64,000 nucleotides of DNA from a virus. The position numbers were made by a program, and so were the translations under genes. The stretch lies in IMG/VR virus record IMGVR_UViG_3300045988_090087; one strand, written 5' to 3'. How positions within the stretch are numbered: position 1 is the stretch's first letter; the number at the start of each line of letters is the position of its first letter. Under the pieces are notes generated by a model, which was given only the letters and a program-made list of their open reading frames with translations, had not been told where the DNA came from and searched no databases. Below are positions 37,052-47,544 of this stretch, one piece after another.

Positions 37052-37751
37052 AATATTAATTTTAGGGGATATTCACGGTCGTAGTTTTTGGAAAGAACCA
37101 TGCAATAATTGGACAGGTAAAATTATATTCTTAGGGGATTATCACGACCCTTATGGAGAATATATAGTAGAAGAACCTGATAAAGTAGAATCTTTAACTA
37201 ATCTTAAAGAATTAGTTGCTTTTGTAGAGAATAGACGTAAGATTTCTGATGTTATATGCCTATTAGGTAATCATGAGCTTCCATATTTCAATGGAAATGG
37301 TAAATGCAGATTTGATTATTGGGAACAAAAAGAAGTAAAAGAGTTAATTAGCAGTTTAAATCCTCAATTATATTACATATATGAAGATTTAACTACTAAA
37401 GAGCCTCATAAATATTTATTCTCTCATGCAGGTATTACTAAAGATTGGATAGACTATAATAATCTAGAATTAAAAGACTTAAATAATATAGATATAACTA
37501 ATCTTAGTGCTCTTGATCATATCCCTTATTCTAGAGGAGGGTATAATAAATATGGCTCTTGTGTCTGGAATGATTTAGAAGATTTTCAACTGCAAACTCC
37601 ATATAAAGGTTATTATCAAATATTTGGGCACTCTTGGGGAGGAAGAATTGAACCTGTAATCACAGATAAATATGCAATGCTAGATTGTTGTAAACCATTT
37701 GTGTTAGATACTGAAAATAATGAATTAAAAGAATGGAAATTAAATTCATAG
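37044..37751 (+). CDS. PPP-family Ser/Thr or bis(5'-nucleosyl)-tetraphosphatase-like metallophosphatase
   Basis: ILGDIHGR, GDYHDP, GNHE, GH motifs. Confidence 0.75.
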   Translation: MSEILILGDIHGRSFWKEPCNNWTGKIIFLGDYHDPYGEYIVEEPDKVESLTNLKELVAFVENRRKISDVICLLGNHELPYFNGNGKCRFDYWEQKEVKELISSLNPQLYYIYEDLTTKEPHKYLFSHAGITKDWIDYNNLELKDLNNIDITNLSALDHIPYSRGGYNKYGSCVWNDLEDFQLQTPYKGYYQIFGHSWGGRIEPVITDKYAMLDCCKPFVLDTENNELKEWKLNS

Positions 37752-37981
37752 GAACTTTAAAGATAGATACTTCTGAATATTGGGATTGGATTAGAAGTTT
37801 ATTCCCTCCAACATTATCTAATGTAGAAGTATTTAATAAATGGATGCCAGAAGCTCGCATTTATACTTATAGATTTTTAAAATTACGGGGTTATAAAAAT
37901 AATAACCCCTCAGATTCTGGTCTAAGAGAAGTTATAGACTATATAGCACAATATATAACTAAATTATCTTTAGAATCATGA
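37733..37981 (+). CDS. hypothetical protein
   Basis: 82-aa ORF. Confidence 0.5.
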   Translation: MEIKFIGTLKIDTSEYWDWIRSLFPPTLSNVEVFNKWMPEARIYTYRFLKLRGYKNNNPSDSGLREVIDYIAQYITKLSLES

Positions 37982-38247
37982 AAATTTCATATCAATATCT
38001 CACAACAGATGAATTAGATGTAAGTATTAAAGATATATTTGATTATATAAAATTCTTACATACTGATTCTGATATGTCTATTAAGTCCACTTTATCTTAT
38101 GTGGAAGAGTGGCAATTAAATAAAGAAGAAATTATTCAAGCTTTATATGGGACTCTGGTATATAACGATGTTAGTCCGTCTTTTTATAGAACAATAGAAG
38201 AAAAGTTAATACCTTATTTAAGACGTGCTGATGGAGAACCCTCTTAG
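37978..38247 (+). CDS. hypothetical protein (ends in TAG)
   Basis: 89-aa ORF; TAG at 38245-38247. Confidence 0.5.
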   Translation: MKISYQYLTTDELDVSIKDIFDYIKFLHTDSDMSIKSTLSYVEEWQLNKEEIIQALYGTLVYNDVSPSFYRTIEEKLIPYLRRADGEPS

Positions 38248-38641
38248 AACATGGTGGAAGGTTAGGAAATGGTTTAGAATTCCTAAACCTTCCATTTATT
38301 TTGGACCCATAATATCAGGATTACCTTGTAGACTTCCTAATAAATGGATTGAGTTACATAGTTATGACGTTACTTGGAAAGATAAATATGGTAATCCTAA
38401 CTTTGAATTTGTTCCTCAAATAAATTTAGAATTATTTAAGAAATATCAATTATTATTAACTTTTCAAACTGATAATAATGATGTATATTGGGAGACAATC
38501 TTAGATATAATTTATTATAATAAGTCTCTTAAAGAAGCTATAAATAAAAATACTTGGGAGAATTGTAATAAAGAAAAAATAAACGCTTTTACTGAGGGAT
38601 TTCTTACTCCTAAAGGAGGAAGAGTATATTTATATGAGTAA
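38225..38641 (+). CDS. hypothetical protein
   Basis: 138-aa ORF. Confidence 0.5.
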   Translation: MLMENPLRTWWKVRKWFRIPKPSIYFGPIISGLPCRLPNKWIELHSYDVTWKDKYGNPNFEFVPQINLELFKKYQLLLTFQTDNNDVYWETILDIIYYNKSLKEAINKNTWENCNKEKINAFTEGFLTPKGGRVYLYE

Positions 38642-40103
38642 TGAATTAATTTATATAGATAATTTCGATGGGTCTCCAGAAAGACCTAGTATGATAGATA
38701 ATCCTTTTGTAAAAGGAAATAATTGGTTAAGATTTATCGAAGAAGAGAAACAGATAACATTAGGAGAAGAGCAATTACAAGTATTGCACGATATAATTGA
38801 TATTATATTAGATAATTTCAAACAAAAAGACTTTTTAAATCCTATCAATTTAGGAGGCGCTGCTGGTTGTGGCAAGTCGCTTTGCACTAGCTTCCTTTTA
38901 GAGTGGATAAACACTAAAGGATTCCCTGTAAAATTATGTGCTCCTACTCATAAAGCAGCTTTAGTACTTAAAAAGTATAATGATTATGATGCAACTACTC
39001 TTCATAGTATGTTAGCGTTATCTCCTAAAGTAGATATTCTTAAACTGGACATCAGAGAATTAAGATTCTTTGCTACTAATGATAAAAAAATGTCTATACC
39101 ATATGATGGAATTGTCATTTGCGATGAAGCATCTATGGTAAGTAGTGATTTATATGATTTATTAGTAGAAAAATGTAGCTTAATGGGCACTATGATTATC
39201 TTTTGTGATGATTATGCTCAGTTAAATCCAGTAAAAGAAGATGAACAATCAAAAGTCTTTAGATGTAAACATCAATTTAGATTGACTAAAATATACAGAC
39301 AATCTGAAAAAAGTGGTCTTAAAGGCATTTTACAGACACTTAGAGAGTCTCCAATACAACAGTGGGACAACTGTGAAGGTGAAGATGGAAGTCTCTTTAT
39401 AGAGTCTAAATTAGAAAATTTTTGCAGAAAAGCAGTTTCGGAATTTAAACACGAAATAGAAGCTAAGGATATATTACATACTAAAATTCTAGCTTATACT
39501 AATGCTCGTGTAAATAACTATAATAAAGCTATTCATAAACTTTTATGGAATGATAATAATTTTCTTCATAAAGGAGAAATTTTAATGGCTTATGAGAATT
39601 TCAAAAAAGATGGTTATGAAGTAACTAATTCTATGGATTACATAGTGGAAGAATTTACTTCTACTATTATTGATGTTCCATATTATACTAAGTGTAAAGG
39701 ATATATAGTTAAACTATATGACGAATATAACAATGCCTCTTTTGAAATTCCACTATTAGCTCCAGAAGAATGTAATGAAGATTTAGCTATAGTTATAGAA
39801 ACTATAAGAACTGAAGCAATAAATTCTCAAGGATACGATAGAAAAAAGAAGTGGGGAATATATTATGCTTTAATGGGAAGTTTTTGCACATCTAAAGATT
39901 TATTTACTGATGGCAGATGTATAAGAAAAGCTACTTTTAAATATGGGTATGCTATTACTACTCATCGTTCTCAAGGGTCTTCTTATGATAATGTATTTAT
40001 AGATATGAAAGATATCTTTAGAGCTAAAGATAAAGAGACTCTTAGACAATTACAATATGTAAGTATGTCTAGAACTAGAAGTGATATAACTATGCTATTA
40101 TGA
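38634..40103 (+). CDS. SF1 DNA helicase (RecD/Dda/Pif1-like)
   Basis: Walker A GGAAGCGKS, Walker B VICDEASM, C-terminal ITTHRSQGSSYDNVFI. Confidence 0.8.
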   Translation: MSNELIYIDNFDGSPERPSMIDNPFVKGNNWLRFIEEEKQITLGEEQLQVLHDIIDIILDNFKQKDFLNPINLGGAAGCGKSLCTSFLLEWINTKGFPVKLCAPTHKAALVLKKYNDYDATTLHSMLALSPKVDILKLDIRELRFFATNDKKMSIPYDGIVICDEASMVSSDLYDLLVEKCSLMGTMIIFCDDYAQLNPVKEDEQSKVFRCKHQFRLTKIYRQSEKSGLKGILQTLRESPIQQWDNCEGEDGSLFIESKLENFCRKAVSEFKHEIEAKDILHTKILAYTNARVNNYNKAIHKLLWNDNNFLHKGEILMAYENFKKDGYEVTNSMDYIVEEFTSTIIDVPYYTKCKGYIVKLYDEYNNASFEIPLLAPEECNEDLAIVIETIRTEAINSQGYDRKKKWGIYYALMGSFCTSKDLFTDGRCIRKATFKYGYAITTHRSQGSSYDNVFIDMKDIFRAKDKETLRQLQYVSMSRTRSDITMLL

Positions 40104-40369
40104 TTGATGTATTATTGATTCATAATAATCCGGCATTAGTAGAATTGTTTAAAAACTCCTATAATGGAGAAGCTTTTTTACAATTCTTAGATAGAGGTTC
40201 TAAAGTAGAGCGTAGTAAAGCTTATAAGATACAGCAAGAATGGGGTAGTAATCAAACCCCATTTGCATTAGTGAAAAAAGATGATAAGGTTATTAAAGCC
40301 TTTTATGCAGAAGATAAAGACAATGTAATTTCTAAATTAATATCTTATTTAAATGAGCACAACTATTAA
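40100..40369 (+). CDS. hypothetical protein
   Basis: 89-aa ORF. Confidence 0.5.
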   Translation: MIDVLLIHNNPALVELFKNSYNGEAFLQFLDRGSKVERSKAYKIQQEWGSNQTPFALVKKDDKVIKAFYAEDKDNVISKLISYLNEHNY

Positions 40370-40847
40370 TATTCCAGTAATTAATAAATCTAGTAATAAC
40401 CTTCCTGAGTATGCACATAAAGGTGATGCAGGTTTTGATCTCAGAGCTAATGTAGAAGAAATTGAAAATAGTAATTATTTGTTTAATGCTATTAAGCTTA
40501 ATGATACTACAATAATTCTTAATCCTGGAGGTAGAGTACTTATTCCAACAGGTTTATATATGGCAATTCCTGAAGGTTATGAACTTCAGATTCGTCCTCG
40601 TAGTGGTTTGGCTTTGAAGCATGGCATTACCGTATTGAATACTCCAGGAACAATTGATGCAATTTATAGAGGTAATATTGGAGTTATTCTTAAGAATGAT
40701 GGTACTGAACCTTTTATAATTGAACAAGGGGATAGAATTGCCCAGGGAGTGCTCAATAAAGTAGAAGAAGCTAATCTTATAGAGACAGATTCTTTGGATG
40801 AAACAGATAGATCTGATAGTGGTTATGGTAAATCCGGAGTAAAGTGA
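40353..40847 (+). CDS. dut: dUTP diphosphatase
   Basis: Motifs GDAGFDLRA, IRPRSGLALKHG, GTIDAIYRGNIGVIL, and C-terminal RSDSGYG. Confidence 0.9.
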   Translation: MSTTINIPVINKSSNNLPEYAHKGDAGFDLRANVEEIENSNYLFNAIKLNDTTIILNPGGRVLIPTGLYMAIPEGYELQIRPRSGLALKHGITVLNTPGTIDAIYRGNIGVILKNDGTEPFIIEQGDRIAQGVLNKVEEANLIETDSLDETDRSDSGYGKSGVK

Positions 40848-41302
40848 TAAGTAAAGAATCTTTTTTAAAGAAATTAAGAGTATTAGGCAAGCAATACGCT
40901 AGTAAAACAATACTAGATTCAGAAAATCATCAAGATGCTGTAGAAGCTGTAGTATCAGACTATTTACAAGGAGCAGAAGATTCTTATGATACTTTCAGAA
41001 CTTATGATAAGGAAAGATTTTGTGATTCTTTACGTAATATTTTAAATTATTATAAGAAATTAGAGGAGCTTGAGGATGTTTTAAATTGTGTATTAAGAGA
41101 ATCTCCTATAGGGGAATCTACAACATTTATTATAACTGATTTAGTAAGAGCTTTAGCTAATAATGATGTTGAAACTATAAATGATATAGAATGGTGGTTA
41201 TATGAAGATGTAGAAAAAGAGTGGATTATAGATAATGAAATTGTAAAAGTGGAAACACCAGAACAACTTTATGATGCTTTAAAGAAATTGAATCGTGTCT
41301 GA
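40844..41302 (+). CDS. hypothetical protein
   Basis: 152-aa ORF. Confidence 0.55.
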   Translation: MISKESFLKKLRVLGKQYASKTILDSENHQDAVEAVVSDYLQGAEDSYDTFRTYDKERFCDSLRNILNYYKKLEELEDVLNCVLRESPIGESTTFIITDLVRALANNDVETINDIEWWLYEDVEKEWIIDNEIVKVETPEQLYDALKKLNRV

Positions 41303-42548
41303 CTTATTTGAAAAAGAATTTCAAACAAATGCTTATTTAGTATCTAAGGATGCTAAAGGTAAAGTTAGATGTGTAAGACTATGGTATGAGTGGAGTGATT
41401 CCGCTCATGCCTATCTTATTAAAAGACAGTCTTGGCAATTAAATGGTAAAAGACTGGACCATCCAGATATTCCTATAAAGAAAGGATTAGTTAGTAGAAC
41501 TCTTAGGGAACAAACTCAACTTCAGTTTAACTCCAAACTTAAAGAATATAAGGATAAAGGTTATAAAGAAGTTGAAGAAGATCCTGATAATAAAGATGAG
41601 AAAATAATTTTAAACTTTCTTCCTGAGTATAATACTGATGGTAATGGTTTTCCTAAACATATGTTAGCTAAACAAGCTAGTAAAGTGGCTAGGAAAACTA
41701 TTGATAACACTCCTTACTATTATGCTAGTAGAAAAGTGGATGGACTTAGATGTTCTTTTTATTGGAATGGTAAAGAAATAAAATCTGCTTCTAGAGGAGG
41801 TGGAGATTATGATTTTGGCACTACTCACATAAGAAAACATCCACTATTAATTCAATTCTTTAAAGAGCATCCATCAATTAAACTTGATGGTGAGCTTTAT
41901 AAACATGGTTGGAGTCTGGCTAAAATAAATAGTGCTGCTAGAATGGAAAAGAATGCTGTAGATTGTGATGAACTACAGTATTTTATATATGATATAATGG
42001 TTCCGAACATACCTTTTAAAACTAGGTTAAAAATGTTAATTGGAATAGCTAAATATCTTAAACTTGGATTTAATCCTAATAAAGATTTTAGTGATTCTGA
42101 ATTACATTTGCAAATATTACCTCAAGTAAAAGTTACTGGATATGATAATATTATGAAATTACATGATAAATATGTAGCTGAAGGTTGGGAAGGAGTTGTT
42201 TGTAGAGATCCTGAAGGCATGTATGAGTTCGGGTCTAGGAAGAACATTATGCTCAAATTCAAAAATTACAAAGATGACTGCTTCAAGATTGTAGATTATG
42301 AGTTAGGACTAAGAGGTTCTGAAGATATGGTATTTATAATGGAATTACCTGATGGTAGAACTTTTAAAGCTAAGCCTTGGGGAGATAGAGCTTTAAAAGA
42401 ATATTATGTAGAAAATTTTGATACCGAATATAAAGGACATTTTGGAGAATGTAAATTTTTCTACTATTCTGAAGATGGTATTCCATTGCAACCTAGTTTC
42501 AAAGCTAGAAGAGATGATTTAGATGATTCTATTAAACAATTATATTAA
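41295..42548 (+). CDS. ATP-dependent DNA ligase
   Basis: Adenylation motif I SRKVDGLR (KxDG), motif DGELY, EGVVCRD, and LKFK near the C-terminus. Confidence 0.8.
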   Translation: MSDLFEKEFQTNAYLVSKDAKGKVRCVRLWYEWSDSAHAYLIKRQSWQLNGKRLDHPDIPIKKGLVSRTLREQTQLQFNSKLKEYKDKGYKEVEEDPDNKDEKIILNFLPEYNTDGNGFPKHMLAKQASKVARKTIDNTPYYYASRKVDGLRCSFYWNGKEIKSASRGGGDYDFGTTHIRKHPLLIQFFKEHPSIKLDGELYKHGWSLAKINSAARMEKNAVDCDELQYFIYDIMVPNIPFKTRLKMLIGIAKYLKLGFNPNKDFSDSELHLQILPQVKVTGYDNIMKLHDKYVAEGWEGVVCRDPEGMYEFGSRKNIMLKFKNYKDDCFKIVDYELGLRGSEDMVFIMELPDGRTFKAKPWGDRALKEYYVENFDTEYKGHFGECKFFYYSEDGIPLQPSFKARRDDLDDSIKQLY

Positions 42549-42862
42549 TGAGTTCTGCAGCTGACAGAAGTAATGGAATAATACTTAAGAATTATATATA
42601 TGCTAATATATCCTTACATAAATTAGCTAAAATTCTTATAGAAGATTGGCAAATAGCAGATAGACAAAGATTTCCCAGTATTTATAAATTATTTTCACTT
42701 AATTGCCCTCGATATGGAGCTCAAATAAATGCTTTTATAGATATTTTAGATATTAAATATTATTGGTATATCTTATATCCTATTATAAAAGAAATAAATT
42801 CAGAAGTATTAAGTGAATATGATAATTACCTATATAATAAAATAAAAAATTCTTTATTATAA
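42548..42862 (+). CDS. hypothetical protein
   Basis: 104-aa ORF, TAATG junctions. Confidence 0.5.
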   Translation: MSSAADRSNGIILKNYIYANISLHKLAKILIEDWQIADRQRFPSIYKLFSLNCPRYGAQINAFIDILDIKYYWYILYPIIKEINSEVLSEYDNYLYNKIKNSLL

Positions 42863-43551
42863 TGACGAAAATTTGCGTACTAAGTGACCTCCATGGTCAT
42901 TTACCAAGAATTGAGCCTTGTGAGTTAGTATTATTAGCAGGAGATATTGTTCCTTTAAATATTCAATTTGATAATGCTGAATCTACTTTATGGTTTTTAG
43001 ATGAATTTACAAAATGGATTGATTCTCTTCCTTGTGATGAAGTTATTATGGTTGCAGGCAATCACGATAAACTTATAGAAAGAGCTTCTTTTATAATTCA
43101 TGCAGTAGAATCTAAAACTGATTTTAAACTTACATATTTGTCAGGAACTACTTATGAATATATAGCTAGGAGTCTTAAACATTATAAAATATATGGCTCT
43201 CCTTTCTGCCATAAGTTCGGTAACTGGTCATTTATGCAAAGTGAAGAATGGTTAAAAGATTATTATGATAATATTCCAGAAGATACTGATATAATTTTAA
43301 CTCACGACACTCCAATGTTAGAGGATTTAGATTTATTACCTCCTAGTCAATGGAACCCAAAAGCTATTCACGCTGGAGGTAAATCTTTAGCAGATGCTAT
43401 TTGTAGAGTACAACCTAGATATGTATTTTGTGGGCATTTACATACTTGCAAAGACAAATATTTAAAATTAGATAATACTGAAATATATAACGTATCTATA
43501 TTAGATAATAACTATAAAAAGATTTACGAACCATTATATTTAAACATCTAA
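42862..43551 (+). CDS. metallophosphoesterase
   Basis: LSDLHGH, AGDI, AGNHD, THDTP, GHLH motifs. Confidence 0.7.
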   Translation: MTKICVLSDLHGHLPRIEPCELVLLAGDIVPLNIQFDNAESTLWFLDEFTKWIDSLPCDEVIMVAGNHDKLIERASFIIHAVESKTDFKLTYLSGTTYEYIARSLKHYKIYGSPFCHKFGNWSFMQSEEWLKDYYDNIPEDTDIILTHDTPMLEDLDLLPPSQWNPKAIHAGGKSLADAICRVQPRYVFCGHLHTCKDKYLKLDNTEIYNVSILDNNYKKIYEPLYLNI

Positions 43552-43552
43552 A

Positions 43553-43915
43553 ATGAAAGACGTAATAGCTAATGAAAAATTACCATACATTCCGGAGACC
43601 TTTACTCTCGGATGTCACACCTTCAAAGTACAATTATACGAAGAATTATATGACGATAACGACCCATTATATGGACAATTTGATTATGATGAGCAGATCA
43701 TCAGAATCAAAATATTTAAACATAATGGTGAGCCTTTATCCAAAGAATGTATTCTTAACACATATTATCATGAGCTTTTCCACGCCTTTAACTATCTGTG
43801 GAATACTGGAGGCGATGAATCGCTTGCTAGTACTTTTGCAATGTTAATGTGTGAATATGAAACAACTAAGAAATATGCCAAGAAAGAAGGTATCAATTCC
43901 AGTGGTAGAGAGTAA
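43553..43915 (+). CDS. small HExxH protein (putative Zn-metallopeptidase fold)
   Basis: YYHELFHAF motif in a 120-aa ORF. Confidence 0.5.
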   Translation: MKDVIANEKLPYIPETFTLGCHTFKVQLYEELYDDNDPLYGQFDYDEQIIRIKIFKHNGEPLSKECILNTYYHELFHAFNYLWNTGGDESLASTFAMLMCEYETTKKYAKKEGINSSGRE

Positions 43916-44183
43916 ACCTAAAGTTAAATATGTTTCTCCTATTAAAGATTATTCAGTATCCTATGATGCAGTTATTAAAATTAGACAAACAAGTCTTCAA
44001 CCAATAATACCTGCTAAGATTAGGACTGATAAAAGAAACTTCGTTGGAAAACTTCCTGAAGAAGTTATTAATCAATTATCTAAGATTATATCAGAAACTA
44101 TTAAATCATCGTGCTCTTTCTGCACAGAAGTAGTTTCTGTAGATAATATAAAATTTGACCAAACTTTAATAAAAGAAGATTAA
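43851..44183 (+). CDS. hypothetical protein (start uncertain)
   Basis: 110-aa ORF overlapping the previous gene by 65 nt; a later ATG (43875) is possible. Confidence 0.45.
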   Translation: MNMKQLRNMPRKKVSIPVVESKPKVKYVSPIKDYSVSYDAVIKIRQTSLQPIIPAKIRTDKRNFVGKLPEEVINQLSKIISETIKSSCSFCTEVVSVDNIKFDQTLIKED

Positions 44184-44524
44184 TGATTTATTTTATTATA
44201 GAGGATTCTCATTTCGGCCCTCATGTAGAACAAATATCTACTGACTTTAATAAATTACGAGAAAATTTTCCGGATGAACTAATCTATGTTACAGATTACA
44301 TGAATGTAGATGATACTTTATATAATATAGTAGATTATTCTAATATGCCGTATAAACCTTATGATGGTACTGAAATAACTAATTGTTACTTATATCGTAA
44401 TAAATTTTATGAGTGTGATGAATTGCCGGAAGAATTAGATCCAGATGAATATATGTGTACTTTTTATAGGACTTACACAAAAGGTTATTTAACTGAAACA
44501 TGGCATAAAGATGGCTGGGTATAA
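44183..44524 (+). CDS. hypothetical protein
   Basis: 113-aa ORF. Confidence 0.55.
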   Translation: MIYFIIEDSHFGPHVEQISTDFNKLRENFPDELIYVTDYMNVDDTLYNIVDYSNMPYKPYDGTEITNCYLYRNKFYECDELPEELDPDEYMCTFYRTYTKGYLTETWHKDGWV

Positions 44525-45335
44525 TTTAATTACAGACGATAGTGAAGCACTACAAGCTTATCTAAATAACATTACTCATTCTACTCCATTATCTTTAGAG
44601 GAAGAGAAAGAATGTGCTGACACTGGAGATTGGGAGAAATTAGTAAATGCTAATTTAAAGTTTGTAGTAACTGTAGCTAAAAAGTTCCAGAATAAAGGAC
44701 TACCTTTATCGGATTTAATAGCTGAAGGAAATGTAGGTCTTATTCATGCTAGCCGCTTATATAAAAGTGAATATAATGTTAAATTTATAACTTATGCTGT
44801 ATGGCATATAAGTGAAGCTATTCGTAGAGCTATTCATTATAAAGCAGATACTGTTAGAGTTCCTGTAAGTCAAAAACTTACTTATAATAAGGCTGCTAAA
44901 GTTATAAATAAATATTGGCAAACTGAAGATAGACCTCCATCAGATGAAGAGTTGGAAGAAGCTACTGGTAAAACTATGAAACAAATTAATGGAGCTATAA
45001 ATGCTAAAAAAGTATGTATGTCTTTAGACACTCCATTAGGTAGTAATGATGATGACGGAGACTCTACTTTAGTAGACATTGTTAAAAACAATAATAGTCC
45101 TCTAGCAGATAATAATATAGAACAGTCTTATAAGACTAATGTTATTAACAAAGTTTTAAATGGACTTTCTAATAAAGAACATGACATAATAATTTTATGC
45201 TATGGATTTACTGGGCAAGAATATACTCCTGAACTTATATCTCCTTTATTTGGGTGTACACCAGAACGTATCAGACAAATTAGGAAAGAAGCAATCAAGA
45301 AACTTAGAAAAAGAAAAATTCTTAAAAACATTTAA
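44511..45335 (+). CDS. sigma-70 family RNA polymerase sigma factor
   Basis: Region 2 (NLKFVVTVAKKF...DLIAEGNVGLI...FITYAVWHI) and region 4.2 HTH (TPERIRQIRKEAIKKLR). Confidence 0.85.
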   Translation: MAGYNLITDDSEALQAYLNNITHSTPLSLEEEKECADTGDWEKLVNANLKFVVTVAKKFQNKGLPLSDLIAEGNVGLIHASRLYKSEYNVKFITYAVWHISEAIRRAIHYKADTVRVPVSQKLTYNKAAKVINKYWQTEDRPPSDEELEEATGKTMKQINGAINAKKVCMSLDTPLGSNDDDGDSTLVDIVKNNNSPLADNNIEQSYKTNVINKVLNGLSNKEHDIIILCYGFTGQEYTPELISPLFGCTPERIRQIRKEAIKKLRKRKILKNI

Positions 45336-46556
45336 ATGATTTATTTAGTTACCAAGGTTAAAGCTTTATTCAAATCTTCTAAATATGAATGTATTTCCAT
45401 AGAAAGAAGTAAGGAAATTATTAATTCTATGAAAAAAATTAGAGGATTAGATACTGAAACTATGGGACTAAATCCTCATACTAAAGCATTACTAACAGTT
45501 CAGATAGGTACTAAAGAAAATCAAGTAGTAATTGATTGTACTACTATAAACATTTGGGAATATAAAGATATATTAGAAGATTCTACTATTCTATATATTT
45601 TAGCTAATGCTAAATTTGATATTCAATTCTTCTTTAAACATAACATTATATTATCTAAAGTATGGGATGTAATGTTAGCTGAAAAGATTAGATATTTGGG
45701 ATATCCTAAAGGTAGTTTCCATGCTGACTTAAAGACTCTTGAATACAAGTATCTTAATAAATATATGGATAAAACTGTTCGAGGTAAAATTACTAAAGTT
45801 GGTCTAACTGAGGAAGTAATAGTTTATGCAGCTAATGATGTAGTAGATTTGGAAGATTTAATGAATGCCCAAATAAAAGCACTAGAAAAAGAAGATTTAG
45901 TAAAGGCAGTACAATTAGAGAATAGATTTGTCCTTCCATTGGCTTATATGGAATGGTGTGGAGTAAAATTAGACGTAGAAAAATGGAAAGCTAAAATGGT
46001 AAAAGATGCTAAACGTTTAAAGGTTGCCCTAACTAAATTAAATAATTGGGTAGTAAAACACTATGGAAATGATTCTAGATTTACTAAGGTAGATTTACAA
46101 GGGGATTTATTTTCAGGATTTAATACTGACCCACAGTGTACTATAAATTGGAATAGTGCAGCTCAAGTAATTCCATTATTTAAAGCTATTGGAATAAATA
46201 CTTCTACTGTAGATAGTAAAACAAAGAAATTAAAAGATTCTGTAGATGCTAAATTATTAGAGCCTCAAGCTAAGGATTTTGAAATTCTTCCTATTTATCT
46301 AGATTATAAGGAAGCTCAAAAAGTATGTTCTACTTATGGACAGAACTGGTTAGACCAAATAAATCCTGAAACTGGTAGAGTATATACTAAGTTTAATCAG
46401 CTAGGTACTAATACTGCTAGAATATCTAGTGGTGGAAAAGATAAGAATGCTAAAATAGAATATGTAAATTTTCTTAATCTTCCAGCAGATCCAGAAACTA
46501 GAAGTTGTTTTATTGCAGAAAAAGGTAACTCTTGGATTTCCATAGACTACTCGGGT
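45336..46556 (+). CDS. family A DNA polymerase with 3'-5' exonuclease, exon 1
   Basis: Exo motifs GLDTETMGL and YAANDV; ends in polymerase motif A ...SIDYSG. Confidence 0.85.
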
Positions 46557-46878
46557 AAAAAATAAACATATAAACTATAACATTTTATATATTATACTTT
46601 GGATAATTTATCTGTAAATAAATCAGAGGATGTGTTAAAAATGTTTTATAGTTTATATCATAATGCTCATTATTTTCTAAAAAGAAAATATGAAAAATTT
46701 GGCCCCCTTGTAAGGAAACTTACAGGTGAAAACCTCGTAAATTCAGTTAATGAACGGGCATTATCAAAGACTGAGCCAAGCCTTATAATAAAGGAAGGTG
46801 CAGAGACTAGAAACGAGGAGCCTAAAATAAATGATTAAATTTATCATGGCTGAGGTATAGTCCAGCGTGTTTACGTAG
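46557..46878 (+). mobile_element. group I intron 1 in polA (322 nt, no homing endonuclease)
   Basis: 5' exon ends in T and the intron ends in G. Conserved core elements cagagactagaaa and gaggtatagtcc (P7 strands). Splicing gives DYSG-QEKFIMA. Confidence 0.7.
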
Positions 46879-47544
46879 CAAGAAAGTTTCATTATGGCTT
46901 CCATTTCTAATGACAAAGCTTTAATACATGAATTAATGGAAGGAAGTGGGGATTTGCATTCTCTAACTGCTTATATGAGTTATCCTGATCAAATACCAAG
47001 AGATACAAAAATAACAGAAATTAAAGAAAAGTATCACCATCTTAGACAGCTAGCTAAGAAAATTGAGTTTGGATTCAATTATGGTGGAGACTTTAATACT
47101 ATACATAGGAATTTAGGTATCTCTATAGAAGAAGCTAAAAAAATATATGAAAATTATATGTCGGGTTTCTCAGGATTAGCTAAGTACCAAGAGTATTGTA
47201 GAAAGATAGTAATGGAAAAAGGCTATATACTTCTAAATCCTATAAGTAAATATAGAGCACATATATATGATTTTGAATCTCTACGTTCAATGCAAGAAAA
47301 AATGCAAGATAGGGAATTTTGGAAGTATTATAGAGAAATGAAACGAGAGTCTCCTAACTGTGATACAGTACAAGAAGTACGAGACTTCTTTAAGAAAAAG
47401 GGTGAGTGTGAAAGGAATAGTATAAATTATAGAATACAACATACTGGAGCTTTATGTTATAAAGTAAGTATGATTTATTTCTTTAAATGGATAATAGAAA
47501 ATAATCTTTTTAATAAGGTTTTAATTACTGTTACCCCCTACGAT
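46879..47544 (+). CDS. family A DNA polymerase, exon 2
   Basis: GDLHSLTA and motif B RQLAKKIEFGFNYGG; ends ...TPYD. Confidence 0.85.

Noticed and set aside
39-45091. All minus-strand ORF-track entries inside the plus arm (for example 39..248, 807..998, 1198..1416, 2326..2622, 9144..9425, 9957..10184, 16063..16272, 17223..17576, 19304..19540, 27040..27291, 31439..31636, 38651..38914, 44882..45091)
   Set aside because: Each lies wholly antisense to a longer plus-strand ORF that has recognisable domains or tight operon junctions. Their products are low-complexity, as expected for shadow ORFs in AT-rich DNA.
46599-46838. 79-aa ORF inside polA intron 1 as a possible homing endonuclease
   Set aside because: It has no LAGLIDADG, GIY-YIG, HNH or His-Cys motif. 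It has a non-ATG start and covers the conserved intron core strings, so it is more likely non-coding intron RNA.
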